Positions 39,489-51,108 of a DNA stretch of 64,000 nt are shown in pieces (within the stretch, counting starts at the first letter, position 1; the number at the start of each line of letters is the position of its first letter). The notes under the pieces are model-generated. The model did not search any database and had not been told where the DNA came from. It worked only from the letters and a program-made list of their open reading frames with translations. The position numbers were made by a program, and so were the translations under genes. Origin of the DNA: Lama guanicoe (lineage: Eukaryota); NCBI GenBank assembly GCA_013239625.1, contig MU053487.1, forward strand, positions 3,307,058 through 3,371,057, given 5' to 3'.

Positions 39489-42400
39489 GTAAGACTGCCC
39501 TGTGGCCTGTCTGTCCGCCTGTTTTGGGTCCGTCAGCAGCTCTGCCTGTCCCTCTGCCCTCAGTCTCTCGTGTGGCTGCCTTTGCCTCTGTCCCTGCGCT
39601 CCATGCCTGAGTGGCCACTTTCCTCTTCGTCCTCTGCTTATTGGGCCCTCTATCTCTCCAACCGTTTCCTCTGTCTAGGGGGTCTGCCCATTTGTCATTC
39701 ATCCCTGCCTATCCTTTTGTCTGTCCTTCTGTCTGCACGGTGATCTTTCTTTCTGTCCTCTCCTATTCTTCTGCCTTTATGTCTCTCTTTCCCGGATGTT
39801 CCCATCTGTCTTTCCATTTGCCTTTCATTCTGCCCCTGCATGTCTGCCAGCTTACCCACCTTCTGGGTTCTCCTAACCTTCTGATGCTACCCCTTCCCTG
39901 TCCGCTTGTCTGCCTTCCTGCTTGCTTGGGTTGGGCTTTCTGCCTTTGGCCTCTCTCTCTAGATCTCTTCCTGCCTGCCTGCCTCTGAAATGCTGGAGGG
40001 CACCCGTGACTCTGGGACTCATCCTGGATGTAACTGAGCATTTGCCCGCGCCAAATCTGTTCTCTTAGGAGGGACACAGACAGGTCAATGAAGAGATTCC
40101 CACTCCAGCCACGTCAGAGCAAGAAGGGTTGCTTCCGGACAGTGGGGCCGAGCACAGAATGGGGAGATGAGTTGGCCAGGGCAACCTAAAGACTTGATGG
40201 TGGAGCTGGGACCCTCATTCTAGCACCTGCTGCCCAGTTCCCTGTGGGAATGGGAGAGAGCACAGATAGTCCAGAAACCCGAGGGGCAGGTGTTGAGGGT
40301 CTTTGCAGCTCTCACCTTTATGGTGTCAAATCCTGAGGCTTAATGGAGGGTAATCCATGAGCCCAGAGATTAAACACTCACTTTTTAATATGTGACCATA
40401 AACCTGCCCCCAGAACCCTGGCAGCCTGCCTGCTTTTTTCCTGACCCTCCCCCTCATTCCACCCCACAGGGAGAGCAGGTGACCCGTGAACTTTCCCAGC
40501 CTCTGGATCTAGCCCAGCTTAGCCCCTCCATCGTCTCCCAGTATCACCCCCATGGTAGGTTCTGGCCATCACTGGTCCTTAGATGCTCTGGAGGTTCCTA
40601 TGTCTACGTGGGCTTATAACCACTCTGCTCATCTGGCCAAATATCACCATTCTTAAAGCCCAGGCAGACTTCTGGAGTGCTCTGAGCCAACTCTAGCCCT
40701 TGTTCATAGCCTCTGCTGCGCTGTTCATGGAATTATATTCAAGCAACACCCCTGAGTATTAACTCTGCAAGGAACAGTCAGAGAAGAGAGGCCCCCTGTT
40801 CACCTTCTCTGGGAACCCCTGATGGTCAGGGGATGATCTGGGCTCTTGGGGGCTAGCTGGATTCTGAGACTAGAATTTGCTTCCTCTTGGAGAGGGAATG
40901 AGCAGACAGCTCCCTGCAGGAGTTGGTATGTGAGCTGGGCACCAGGGGACCAGAAGAAGGTTATAGAGAAGAAGGGAGGTCCTTTATAGACAGAAAATAG
41001 CAAAAGGAAGGCCGGGCAACAGAAAGCAGGCAGTCTGGGGAGTAGCAGGAATTTGGTGTGCCTGCAGTAGGGCTGCACAGGTGGGTGTGAATTGAATGAA
41101 ATGATCTAAAGAATTTGGGGCCTCTCTTTTTATCCTTAATCTCCACCTTGTGCTTTCAGACTGTGCTGACCCTTGGGTTGGGCCTTGAACCTCTGGTCTT
41201 TCCCTGACATATTCCCAAAGGTGTACCCCACCAAGGACAGTGATTCCCAAGGGAATGTACATCTTTGGTACTTTGTGCCCCGAACCATATGACGGCCCCA
41301 AACTCAGCTCCAGAGTGCGGCTACCTTGGTGTGAGTTCTCCACCTTGGTTCCCAGTCTGTGAGCAGGGGCTCTGCTCCTCTTACTCCAAGGACTCCCTCT
41401 GCCCTAGCATCCCAAGTTTCCTTATAACCAGCAGCTTCGTATGCAAACTGAGCTACAAAGGATCTGAATTTGAAAAGAAAAGAGCACATTTCCTTATAGG
41501 CTGTGAAGAACAGAGTATGTTTCTTCTTTTCAGCCTACCTGCCAGACACTTCCTTGGGTGCCCATTCTTGGTAAAGGAGAAAATGACTTCCAGCCCACAC
41601 AAACCTCTGGATAGGGAGGGAACTAGCTCATCAGTGAAGAGCAACAACAGCATGGTCTGTCCTGGGACTAAAGAAGGCAGGAATGGGAGGGAAGTAGGGG
41701 CAAAGAGAAGAACCATTTCTAGGGTCTGGAGCATGAAAATGCCTGGCATGTGTGAGCAATACTGACATACAAAAGGGGCTGGGAAGAGGCAAGAGCCAAC
41801 TCTTAAGGGTCTCAGATACAGTGCTGCGGAATTTGGGCTTTCTCTCAGAGACCAGAGGGGAGCCATTGATGGTTTTGGAACAGGGGAAGGGGATGTGCTG
41901 GGGTGTGCTCCAAGAAATGGGGGTGGGGTTGTGTGGGCCACTGTGGCAGGCCCCAGACAGAAGCATCCACTGTGGGCATGAGGGCTGGGAGGTTGATGAC
42001 TGGGATCCCAAGTTGGAGTCTTCTTTATCTCTGTCCCACCTGCAAGGTGACACCAGCATGTAAACTTGGGTAGATCTTGGCACCTCTCCAAGCCTCTATC
42101 TCTGTTGCAGAACAGAAGGAATGATAGGCCTTCACGAGGATGGAATGAGGATTTGATCAGATGAGGGATTTCTACAGTACAGGGCAGTGGTGAGGGCGTC
42201 CACTGAGCGGGAGTGTCCGCCTTGGAGGACTCCCTGGCCCGGCACTCAGAATGCTGCAGCCTCATGTGTCTGAACTGCCAGTGTCACCAGCTGTGAGCTT
42301 CATGGGCGCAGGGGCCAGTACACCCTCAGCTGAGCTAACATTTGCCAAGAGCTTCCTGTGTGTGACAGCACTGTGCTAAGCACATGACGTGTTAATTCCT

Positions 42401-45400
42401 TTAATCCTGTCGGGTGATACTGTGGAGTCTATTTTATCCCCATTTTGTACATGGGAAACCAAGACACCGATAGATCAGCTCACAAACCCAAAGCCACACA
42501 AAGTCAGTCAGTCCTGACTCCGGAGGCTGAAGGCAGCAGGCCTTTGTTTATTATTATTTATTTTAAATAATGTCTAACTACAAATGTAATCAGTGTTAAC
42601 TAGACAAAAAGCAAACAGGCTAGAACTGGGCGGGACAAAGTTCATTCTCAGGGCAGTCCGTCTTTTGACACATATTTAAAGTCCTTGTAAAATTAACAGT
42701 TACCCTCAAGACAAGTAGGAGCACAACAGTATCTCCTGGACTGGTTAATTTCTTGCTAACAGTTACTTAACTGATGGTGATTGGCTAGTTGGCTAACTGA
42801 AGGTATTGCTTCATTCATTCATTTGTTCATTCATTCACTCAGGAAACTACCTTAGCTTTCCCTCAATTTCAGTCCCTGTCTAGGGCAATGGCGATGTCTG
42901 AACTCACTGCCATCCACCTGTGGAACCTGGGATTAACTGCTTGCTTAACCTCTTCTCCCATAGGGGAATATCATAAGTGTAGTTGTCAGAATTATACGAG
43001 ATAATGCATGTAAAACATTCGGCATAGTCCCCAGCCCAGAGTAAGCACTCAAAAGGCATTAATGTTGTTGTGAAGCTATCTCCATGACCTCTGGAGGAGA
43101 GCCCATGTGTCGTGGTCCCCCATAAGCTTTTGTGGATGGAGCTGAGCTGTGTGCAGAGGGCACAGAGCTCCCTGAGGGGCCCACAGACCAGGATGGGGAC
43201 ATGTGTACAGAGTTGTGTGGACACATACTTTCTCCATTTGGTTTCCCAGTCTGTCTGTCTCTCAGATTCTCTCTGTGAGTCTCCAGGTAGGTTGTCCCTA
43301 TCCCCACCTCCACCCCGTGCATGTGAGTGTGTATGCGTACGGGCGCATGTGTGCGCCTGCATGTTCCTCTGCCCTAATCTCCTTCCTCAAGGGGTGTGTG
43401 AGGGCTCCTTAGGATTCTGATTGCCCATGTATGATGGGCATTTCAGGGGGATTTCGCAGCTAGATGGGAAAAGCTAGAAAGGCCCAAGCAGGTCACAAGG
43501 GTGTCATGGTCGTGGGGAAGGGGTCCCATTTGTCAGAAAGAAACAGTGGCTGTCAGAGGTTCCCCAAACTGTGCATCCTCAGTGGTCAGTGATTTTACAC
43601 AGCATCTCCAGGCCAAAAGAAATACCTTACAGTTTCAAGCATTCAGTAATTAGGTCCAAACAACTTAAGGATTTATGTCCTAACAATTCAGCAACTGTTT
43701 AAAAAAATACACATATCAAAAGAAGACATTTTTCTTTCATTCTTAAATAGCGTTACTTCCTAACAGGATGTATTGGGAACTGCACAAAGTCTTGATCCTT
43801 GAACACTGCCGCCCTCATTTCTGTTCCACATTGAGTTTTACGTAGTGCTAGCTTTTTTCCACAGCAGCTGTCAAAAACACAACTTCACATTGTCACTGAA
43901 GAGAAGTGTGTGAACGATCCTGAGCTAGTAGTTTGATATCAAACAGATGCTGTATATTGCTCTATTTCCCTTTAAAATTCTGAGTATCGTGTTATGCACC
44001 CTGACTTTGCCCTGGTGCCCTAGTTTGGGAACCACGGGCATCTGCGCTGAGAAGTTTGTCATGGGTGGGCTGGATGATAGAGGACCTGCCCCAGCTGCCT
44101 CTAGACTGACATCAGTGTGTGTCTGCTCAGTTTAACCTGGTCTGCGGTCGGAAGCATCTGAGAGAGACCTCCCAGTCGGTGTACATGGCTGGGCTCCTCG
44201 TTGGGGCACTCATCTTCGGGCCCCTCTGCGACTGGTAAGAACCTTGACCAACTCCCCTGACCTAACATGTCTGGGCTCCTGGCATAGGCCTAGAGTCCCC
44301 CCCATGCCCCTCACACTGGTCTCCAGGTAAGGCCCTGTCCCCCCTCCCAGGGGGCTCCCAGGGGAGGGCGATGCACCCTCCCTCATACACAGTGCCCAAG
44401 CCAGGGCCGGAGGCTGGCTCCCACTTCCTCTTTTCTCTCAGAGAGATGACCTCCTCCACCTGCCCCTTTGTTACCTCAGGATTGGCCGCAAGGCCACTAT
44501 CCTGGTGCAGCTGCTACTCTTGGCCATCCTTGGCCTCAGCACAGCCTTTGTGCCCAACTTTGAGCTCTACATGGCCCTGCGCTTTGCTGTCGCCACGGCC
44601 GTCTCTGGATATACCTTAAGCAGCGTCTCCCTGCGTGAGTATCCGTGCCCTAAATGCTTCCACCACAGAGCGGGGCTGTGGGGCCTGTGCTGGCCACATT
44701 CCCACACTGCCTGTGGGGCCCAGTTGGGTCCCCCTGCACCTCACATGGTGGCACTGGTGGGTCAGTACCCGATCCCCTGACTGGGTGGCATCCAAGGATG
44801 CCAGGGAGTGAGAGGGCAGGGTCTGGCCCAGCCTCAGCCTCTGCTCTCACAGTTACAGAATGGGTGGGGCCCTCGTGGAGGACTCGGTCTGTGGTCCTGG
44901 CCCAGTGTTCCTTCTCCGTGGGGCAGATGGCCCTAGCAGGACTTGCCTACAGCATCCAGAACTGGAGGCTTTTCCAGATCTCTGGCACTGCACCCATCCT
45001 ACTGCTCTTCTTCTACTTCTGGTGAGATACTTCCCAGGAGCAAGCTACCCCCAGGTGGGCTATGCTGCGATGGGGTTGGAGGGAGAGGAGGCCTGTGAGG
45101 CCTGTGGGGTGGGTGTGAACTGGATTAGCAGGGAGACCCCGGTGGGTGGGGAGGCTCTGGAGTCCAGACCCCAAGGTCACAGCCTTTTCTGACCTCCTTC
45201 CCAGGGCTCTGCCGGAATCTGCACGGTGGCTTCTGACCCAAGGGAAGGTCAGGGAGGCTAAACAACTAATCCAGAAGGTGGCCTCAGTCAACAGTCGAAA
45301 ACTCTCCCCCGAGCTCCTGAGCCAGGTACTGGCAGCAGCCAGGCCAGCCTTGCCCCAACCTGACCCACGGCGACCCTCCTGCCTGGCCCCTCACTCTGTA

Positions 45401-47303
45401 CCTTCCTCCTAGCTGGTCCCAGAGGAGACTGGCCCCACAGGGAACGCCCTGGACCTGTTCCGACACCCACAGCTCCGGAAAGTGACCCTGATTCTCTTCT
45501 CCATCTGGTGAGTGCCCTGGGGCCCACGGCCCTCCCTGAGGCCCCAGCCAAAGGGCTGCCATGTCTCTGTGGCTGGAGGCTATCTGGGCTGGGCTGGGCT
45601 GTGTGGGAACCAGCTGGTCTCTCCCTGGCTGTGCTCCTGTCTCCTGTTACGACTTCTGGCCAAGGCAGGCTCCCCGTTTGAGTGTGTGGTGTCTCATCAC
45701 CCAGCAGTGACAGGTGGTCTCGGACACTCTGTAGGTTCGTGGACAGCCTGGTGTACTACGGCCTGGGCCTCAAGGTGGGGGACTTTGGCCTGAACATCTA
45801 CCTGACACAGCTAATCTTCGGAGCAGTTGAGGTGCCCGCCCGCTGCTCCAGCATCTTCATGATGGAGTGGTTCGGCCGCAAGTGGAGCCAGATGGGGACT
45901 CTGATTCTGGGTGGCCTCATGTGTATCACCATCATCTTTGTTCCAGCAGGTACCAGGACTGGCTAGCCCTGGCCCCTGGCTCACCCTCACCTGCTGCTGG
46001 AGTGAGGACTTTTCAGGAGTGAGGGCTTCTCTGGGGCTTGGGTGCAGAAGGGGTGAGGAGTTTAGGAGGACAGGGCAGGGGGCAGGAGCCAGGTGCTCGG
46101 GCTGGCTTCCCTCCACATGGCTGACCAGCGTCCCCCACAGATCTGCCCATGGTGGTCACCGTGCTGGCTGTGGTGGGGAAGTTTGCCACGGCTGCCGGAT
46201 TCACTGTCTCGTACGTGTACTCAGCTGAGCTCTTCCCCACCATCATCAGGTAAGGGTTGCGGGTACAATTCCTGCTCCTCTGCCTCTGGACCCGATTTTG
46301 GTCATCCCTCCTCTGTCCTCATGGTGTTCCACAAAGAGCTTACAGAGCTGGCTCTTGCGCAGCAGTGCTGGCTGGGGTCCGGGACACGGAGAACACGAGT
46401 CCAAAGTTCCCAGCTGTCCCCAGGTCAGGTCTAGGAGGGGGTCACACCCCAGCCTTGTCAGAACTGGCATATGGAGTGAGTCCAAGGATGAATGGCTCAG
46501 AGGGAGCACTCCAGTTGGGGAGAGAGGTAGTCAGGAGGTGCAACCTTTGACCTGAGATTGGATAGGTGAGCAGGAGTGCAGTGGGCAGACAGAGAGGCCT
46601 GGAGGTGAGAGGGGCAGGGCACACAGGTGTGCTAGGAGAAGTCAGCATGCAGGAAGGCCCGGTCTGCTGCAAGAACGTGGAGAGCCTGCAGGCCTGTGGG
46701 GGCCAGATGAGGGGTCTGGGCTCTCCCAAGGAAGTGCGCTGGGGCCCAGGTGAGGCCAGATCTGCTCAGTTTGCACTGGCCTTCCCGCAGGCCATCGGGC
46801 TTGGGGCTGGTGGGCATCTTCTCGAGGATTGGGGGCATCCTTACCCCATTCGTGATCCTGCTGGACGAGTACCACTCGGCCCTCACTATGCTCATCTATG
46901 GCAGCCTCCCCATCGTGGCTGGCCTACTCTGTGCTCTGCTGCCAGAGACACGTGGCCAGACCTTGAAGGACACCATTGACGACCTGGAGCAGGGATCCTG
47001 CCCACGGTAAGCTACTTGCACTCTGAAGCCCAGGACTCATGTCAGTGGCCCCATCCCAGAAAGCTAGGCCTCTGCCTTACCATTTGTCCATTGTTCCCTA
47101 GAGGTCAATATGGTGCCCCTAGGAGTCCCTTATTTTAGGGAGACAGTGGTGAGGACACTAATTGAGACCAAGTCCTGGTCAGCCAATGACAGCCTTTTGC
47201 TCCCTCCAGGTCTCTGAAGTCAGTGCCCTCAGAGAAGGAAATGGAGACCTCAGAAAATACTTCTAGCCCCGGGGTGGCCTTTGTGAGCAGCACATATCTC
47301 TGA
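39111..47303 (+). CDS. SLC22A13: Solute carrier family 22 member 13 (OAT10/ORCTL3), complete, 10 exons, 551 aa
   Basis: Exons 39111-39488, 44131-44234, 44480-44634, 44853-45021, 45205-45325, 45413-45507, 45735-45949, 46141-46249, 46791-47006, 47210-47303 total 1656 nt, open frame, all GT-AG. Starts [18 protein letters not shown]; contains FNLVC, DWIGRK, PESARWL, ELFPT, LPET; ends VSSTYL*. Lies between OXSR1 and SLC22A14. Confidence 0.97.
42632..42644 (+). promoter_or_regulatory. HNF4-type DR1 site in SLC22A13 intron 1
   Basis: GGGACAAAGTTCA. Confidence 0.45.
43554..44036. mobile_element. hAT-Charlie-type non-autonomous DNA transposon
   Basis: Terminal inverted repeats cagaggttccccaaact ... 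agtttgggaaccacg. Confidence 0.65.
44131..44234 (+). CDS. SLC22A13: SLC22A13 exon 2
   Basis: [34 protein letters not shown](W); 104 nt. Confidence 0.96.
44480..44634 (+). CDS. SLC22A13: SLC22A13 exon 3
   Basis: [51 protein letters not shown]; 155 nt. Confidence 0.96.
44853..45021 (+). CDS. SLC22A13: SLC22A13 exon 4
   Basis: [55 protein letters not shown](W); 169 nt. Confidence 0.96.
45205..45325 (+). CDS. SLC22A13: SLC22A13 exon 5
   Basis: [40 protein letters not shown]; 121 nt. Confidence 0.96.
45413..45507 (+). CDS. SLC22A13: SLC22A13 exon 6
   Basis: [31 protein letters not shown](W); 95 nt. Confidence 0.95.
45735..45949 (+). CDS. SLC22A13: SLC22A13 exon 7
   Basis: [71 protein letters not shown]; 215 nt. 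Confidence 0.96.
46141..46249 (+). CDS. SLC22A13: SLC22A13 exon 8
   Basis: (D)[35 protein letters not shown](R); 109 nt. Confidence 0.96.
46791..47006 (+). CDS. SLC22A13: SLC22A13 exon 9
   Basis: [71 protein letters not shown](R); 216 nt. Confidence 0.96.
47210..47303 (+). CDS. SLC22A13: SLC22A13 exon 10 (coding part)
   Basis: ctccag|G TCT CTG...[39 protein letters not shown]. Confidence 0.93.
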
Positions 47304-50300
47304 CTGTGTCTCCAAAGCCAGACCAGCAGCAGCAGAGAGCTGCCTAAATGCTTGCCTGGAAACAGCTGGACATGTGAGCAAGACCAGCCTTGCAGATGGA
47401 GGCTGCACCCCATCACCTGGCCCCAGAGCCAGCCACCCACTGCCAAGCCCAATCCCAGAAGCATCGAGAACAGCCTCCCTCCTTTCAAGACCTTTCCTAT
47501 CCCTAGCTCCCCCGCTCCAATACCCTGTTCTGGGTTAGGGTCTTGTGTGTGCCTTGGGGTTGACTTGTTCTCTTATACTCTTGTGGGGATGTGGCTCCTC
47601 AAATCCCCTCAATCTGGGGTCTCCCTGCCCTCAAAACACAGTCAAGCTGAGCCTGAACAGCTGGGTAGGGCCTCTCCAAGTATGTGAGAGGAGGAGGAAA
47701 AAAACACTTAGAAATGGTGGACTCTGTCCAGACAGGTGGAGGAAAAGCCATGGACGAAAAGAAGGTTGTGGTTCCTTCAGTGGCTGGACCAGGCTTGTCT
47801 GGCTGAGATGGGACCCACAGCACATTTGACCTGCTGACAGGAGACTGGCTGAGTCAAAATCAAAGCTTCAGTCTTACCTTCTCTTCAGAGATTCCCCATC
47901 ACCCGCCCCACATCCAGGGACCAGTGGTGCAGAGAGAGGGACAGTTGGTTCTGTTCCTCCCCAGCGCTTCCGCTCCTGCTCTGCTGCTCTGGCTCCTGCA
48001 GTGTCCGTGCAGGGGAGGGAAGGGGCAGAGGTCTTACTTGGCCACCCCCGGTGGTAGTCCTTTCTCAGCTTGCACTGGTTAATTATCAGTGCACCAGACA
48101 GGCTCCTAGAAATTAGCTTTTCCACAGGAATATTTGACAGTTCTCAGAGATCCTTCCAGGACCTCTGCATTGCTCCTTAGTACGAGCAATGTGCTTGCCA
48201 CTGACCTTCTGGGGCCCCTCTTCAGCTCCTGTCCCCTCATCTGGCTCCCCACACAGTCTCTCTTATGCTGGCCTCCCTTACCTGAGAAGACAGTCCTCTT
48301 AGGTGGGGTCCCACCAAGGTACCTCAAACCAGGCTACCTTCCCCAGTATCTACTTGGCCCGAAAGAACACTGTACGTCCTTGTGCCACCGAATGGTGGGA
48401 AAAGAGCTTGCTCAGCCACTGCCCCACCCCCCTTTGCCTGGCCTCCACAGGCATCTCCAGCCAACCTCACACTGGACAGTGGGGTTCAGTCTCTCCTTTC
48501 CACCAGTTCACCGAGTCCCAAAGAAAGTTCTTTCAAATCCTCCCTCCCTCATGCTCACCTCTTATGCAGTACGGAAGGGTGGTAGGTCTTTGTAAATCCA
48601 GTATGGAGGTGTCAACCCAGACTGAAACTGCCACGGTTTAAAAAAAAAAACCTACATAGAATGGGGAAAAGCATTTCTCTTCTAAGATGTGGACACTCAG
48701 GGGCAGAATGATCTCCCTTCCTGGAAAGAGACTTCAGTGGCACAACTTTATTGACACAGCATAAATTCAAAGACTCACCTATTGCCTTTGAGCAGGTCTT
48801 TGGAGACTTTTTTTAGGGATTGTAGGCCATTGAGGAGACAGATTTTACTCCGCGTGTGTTCAAGAAGTACCCTTTGGCTTGTTGTGGTTAATGGGTAAAT
48901 GTTTGATTTTTAGCAGTTGCTGGTGGGAGGTCAGCAGCTGAGACCCTGGACCGCAGAGGGGAAGAAAAGCAGGCCCAATCTTGACTCCACCCTGAGGAGC
49001 AGGACTGGACCGGGCAGTGGCTGTTCTCCACAGGGTGCTGGTGAACACAGAACAGCCCACGTTCGGGGACGTGCTGGCCGCGGACCCATGACCAGTGTTC
49101 CGGTTAGCTTTGCAGAGGCTCGTGCAGGACTCACATCTCAGGCCTTGGGGGCAGGAGCCGTCCTCCTCTGGGGCCTCAGGCTTCCCATTTTAGAAGGGAT
49201 AATTTCATTTACACTAAACCTCAAGGATTCTAGTCTTGGCTTCCCTGGCTGAGTGTGAAAGGCAAAGGGTTCCAGCAACCTTCCCCCAGGGTCCAAGGAC
49301 ATAGAAAAGGAATGCCCCTCACTACCCCCAAGACCTGCAGGTTACTGTCGGGCACAGAGCTGAGCTGAATGCTCAAGCCTGGCCCTGATGGCATAGCCCA
49401 AGGCTTTGCCTCCCTCACTGACCCCCTCACCCCCTCACCTGGCGGGGACGCCATGTATGCCTCGCCCTGCACTTTGACGCATACCGTGTCCACAGATGCA
49501 CAATTCATCTGCAGCTATTAATCTGCTCCCCAACACCTCTGGGGAAACCCATGGTGGAAGGGGAGAGAACTCTGGTGTTAAAGGAGGCTGCTGACCCAGT
49601 GGGTGGGGCCTGGAAGTTGCCCTGAAGATGGACATGCAGGGAGAGGACTGCAGGCCAGAGGGACAGGAAACAGGCAGGGGGTACAGAAGTGCTTTGTGGT
49701 GAAGACTAGCAAGGGGCAGGCCTACAACTGGAAGGATCTCTGGGAATTTGAGGAACTGGACCTGCACTTGGTTCTGAGGGCAGGGAAAGCCACTGGCTTT
49801 CTTTTTTCTTTAAGCAACAGAGTGGCCCGATTTATATTTTAAAAATCCCCCTCTACCTGAAGAATGTGTTGGCAGAGGGCAAATGTAGAAGCAGAGAGAT
49901 CAGGCAGGGCATCATTACAATTGAATACCTCATTTTATCCCCATAGCATCCCAGTGACAAAGTGGGGTGGTGGCAGTGGAACTAGGGGGAGGCTGGATCT
50001 GAGAGCAAGCTGGGAGGTAAAGACCCTTTGATGGTCACTCCCCTAACCTGTGCAGTGGGCAAAGCATCACTTCTTGATTTCCTCTGGCTATGCCCAGGAG
50101 AAGCCCCCTGGCCACCGGGCCCAGTGCTCCCTCCTCAGAGAGCCTCTGAGATGAAGACTGCTCTACTGTGCATCTTGGGTTCATGCCATCAGTGTCCAGC
50201 CAGTCCCCTCCTTCCATGCAATTCCCAGTGACCCCAGCCCCACCAACCTGCTCCCAACCCCACCCATTTCCACCCATGGTCTCAACCCCTGTGTCTGGAA

Positions 50301-50741
50301 ATGCTGCTCCAAATCCAGCAGACAGGCCCGTGTCCTCAGACCTTCTCAGAAGGTTCCTCCATCTCCTGCCTCTTCATCTGGTCATGCATTCTCACAGCCA
50401 GGGAGCGGGGGTAAGCGCCTCTTTGCCCTCCATTGCTGCTGCTCAGCCATTATTACAGCTCTTCTTATTTGTAAAACCTGCTCTTACAGAAACCTCTCTG
50501 TCCCTTCCTTGCTCCCACCCCTTGACCCCCAGCTCGCACAGCCTCATTCTTCTAAAGAAAGCTTCCTGGTCATCCCTCCCACTCCAGCTCCTGCCGTCAT
50601 CTTGGGAAAATTCGTCCCCACTTCCAAAATCTCAAAAATGCCTGGCCTGTAAGTGAATAAATGAAGGAGTCTCTAATCAAGCATGCCATTCTCTGAGCAC
50701 AGCATCCCATCCTTTGGCTTGTTTGCTACATCCTTCCCACC

Positions 50742-51108
50742 TGCCTCAGTCTGTCCAGGCTGCAATAACAAAGTCCCATAGACTGGCTGGCTTAAAAACA
50801 GAAATATATTTCTCACAGTTCTGGAGGCTGGAAGATCAGGGTGTCAGCAGGCTCAGGTTCTGGCGAGAGCTCTCCTCCTGGCCTGCAGGCCACCTTCTTG
50901 CCATGTCGTCACACGGCTTGTTCTCAGCACACGTCTGTTGAAGAAAGATCTGTCTCTCTCCTTTCCTCTAACCCCATCAGGAGAGGATCACCCTCATGAC
51001 CTAATCTAACCTGCATTACCTCTTAAGGGCCCATCTCCAAATAGCATCCACTGTGGGGCAGGACTTCAGCATGTAGATGTGAGGGGACACAAACGTCCCT
51101 CCGCAACC
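50742..51108 (-). mobile_element. MaLR LTR (MLT1-type)
   Basis: ggctgcaataacaaagtcccatagactggctggcttaaaaacagaaatatatttctcacagttctggaggctggaag. Confidence 0.85.

Noticed and set aside
39489..39743. In-frame extension of the SLC22A13 exon 1 ORF to 210 aa
   Set aside because: Read-through into pyrimidine-rich intron 1 past a canonical GAG|gtaag donor.
41453..42265. 270-aa minus-strand ORF in SLC22A13 intron 1
   Set aside because: No recognisable domain or splice structure; consistent with a chance ORF in GC-richer DNA.
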